The notes under the pieces are model-generated. The model ran no database searches and was not told the DNA's origin. It was given only the letters and a program-made list of their open reading frames with translations. From an archaeon (GTDB taxonomy: Archaea; Iainarchaeota; Iainarchaeia; Iainarchaeales; 1-14-0-10-31-34), in NCBI GenBank assembly GCA_043815885.1, contig JBDRIL010000029.1:3249-67248 (forward strand): a DNA stretch of 64,000 nt, in the 5' to 3' direction. Shown here piece by piece: positions 63,654-64,000 of the stretch (its first letter is position 1; each line of letters opens with the position of its first letter). Made by a program: the position numbers and the translations under genes.

Positions 63654-63967
63654 TTGATATGACTGAACAGCTACCACAACAAATGTTTGAAGCTGGTAAG
63701 TTAAAACACAAAAGACTTATTTCAACAATGCAATTATTTATTGGTTTTTTAACTGCAATAGAAATTGGGGTGTTAACTTTGTTTCTACAAAAAGAGGAAT
63801 TATTTTTATCAAAAGCAAATTTATTTTATTTAATATATTCGATTTTTTTAGCAATACTGCTTAGTTTTATAGGTCTTAGCTCGATTTTAGTAAATTTAGA
63901 AAAAACACTTGGGTGGAAACCAGAATTGGAAGAAAAAACTAAGAAAAAGAAATGGACTTGGTTCTAA
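63650..63967 (+). CDS. small membrane protein (two TM helices)
   Basis: 105 aa; overlaps the previous ORF's stop. Confidence 0.4.
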   Translation: MIDMTEQLPQQMFEAGKLKHKRLISTMQLFIGFLTAIEIGVLTLFLQKEELFLSKANLFYLIYSIFLAILLSFIGLSSILVNLEKTLGWKPELEEKTKKKKWTWF

Positions 63968-64000
63968 TTTTTTGACTTCGTAGTTAAAGTTTATTACTCA

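Overview
This is an AT-rich (about one-third GC) archaeal chromosomal segment, most consistent with a small-genome DPANN-like archaeon. It has K/E/I/N-rich proteins, aP0/aP1/L1/L11, Spt5, SecE, FtsZ, Rpo4, L21e and DUF655-KsgA. Its tRNAs carry introns at the canonical 37/38 position, and it has two LAGLIDADG inteins. Gene content, left to right: a 3'-partial wHTH regulator; glmS, a GNAT, and a HAD::YvcK(CofD-like) fusion; an M16 peptidase; a HerA/DUF87-like ATPase with an intein inside its P-loop; tRNA-Ala; an HDAC-family enzyme; rpe; a Cys-repeat surface protein. Next come two intron-bearing tRNA-Ser loci with duplicated 3' flanks, bracketing cdd, an HD hydrolase and a LOG-family protein. A tRNA-Gly with a 98-nt intron is followed by a 731-bp RelE/ParE-like cassette bounded by a 17-bp repeat of the tRNA 3' end. 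Further along are a glycosyltransferase, a hinge-less SMC-like ATPase with an upstream membrane protein, a secreted S16 Lon-like/SHOCT protein, and L1-P0-P1. An nrd island separates the r-protein genes from ftsZ-secE-spt5-L11. The island holds an NrdR::NrdD fusion with an intein, a separately encoded glycyl-radical ORF, an upstream NrdR-box-like palindrome, a Trx-like gene and nrdG. Then come a pyrB-pyrI-(unknown)-pyrD-pyrK-pyrC-pyrE-pyrF operon, an OPT transporter, an ASKHA kinase, AMP phosphorylase, ksgA-DUF655-rpoF-L21e, and an ABC exporter with a large surface protein. The last 5 kb is an accessory region: an IS6-like transposase plus a decayed second copy, a 44-aa RHH ORF flanked by 19-bp direct repeats, and a twice-repeated leader-plus-small-membrane-peptide module. 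The most unusual observations are a near-identical 36-nt in-frame hairpin element shared by the P0 tail and the HerA-like gene, the NrdR::NrdD fusion with its box, and the tRNA-targeted mini-element.
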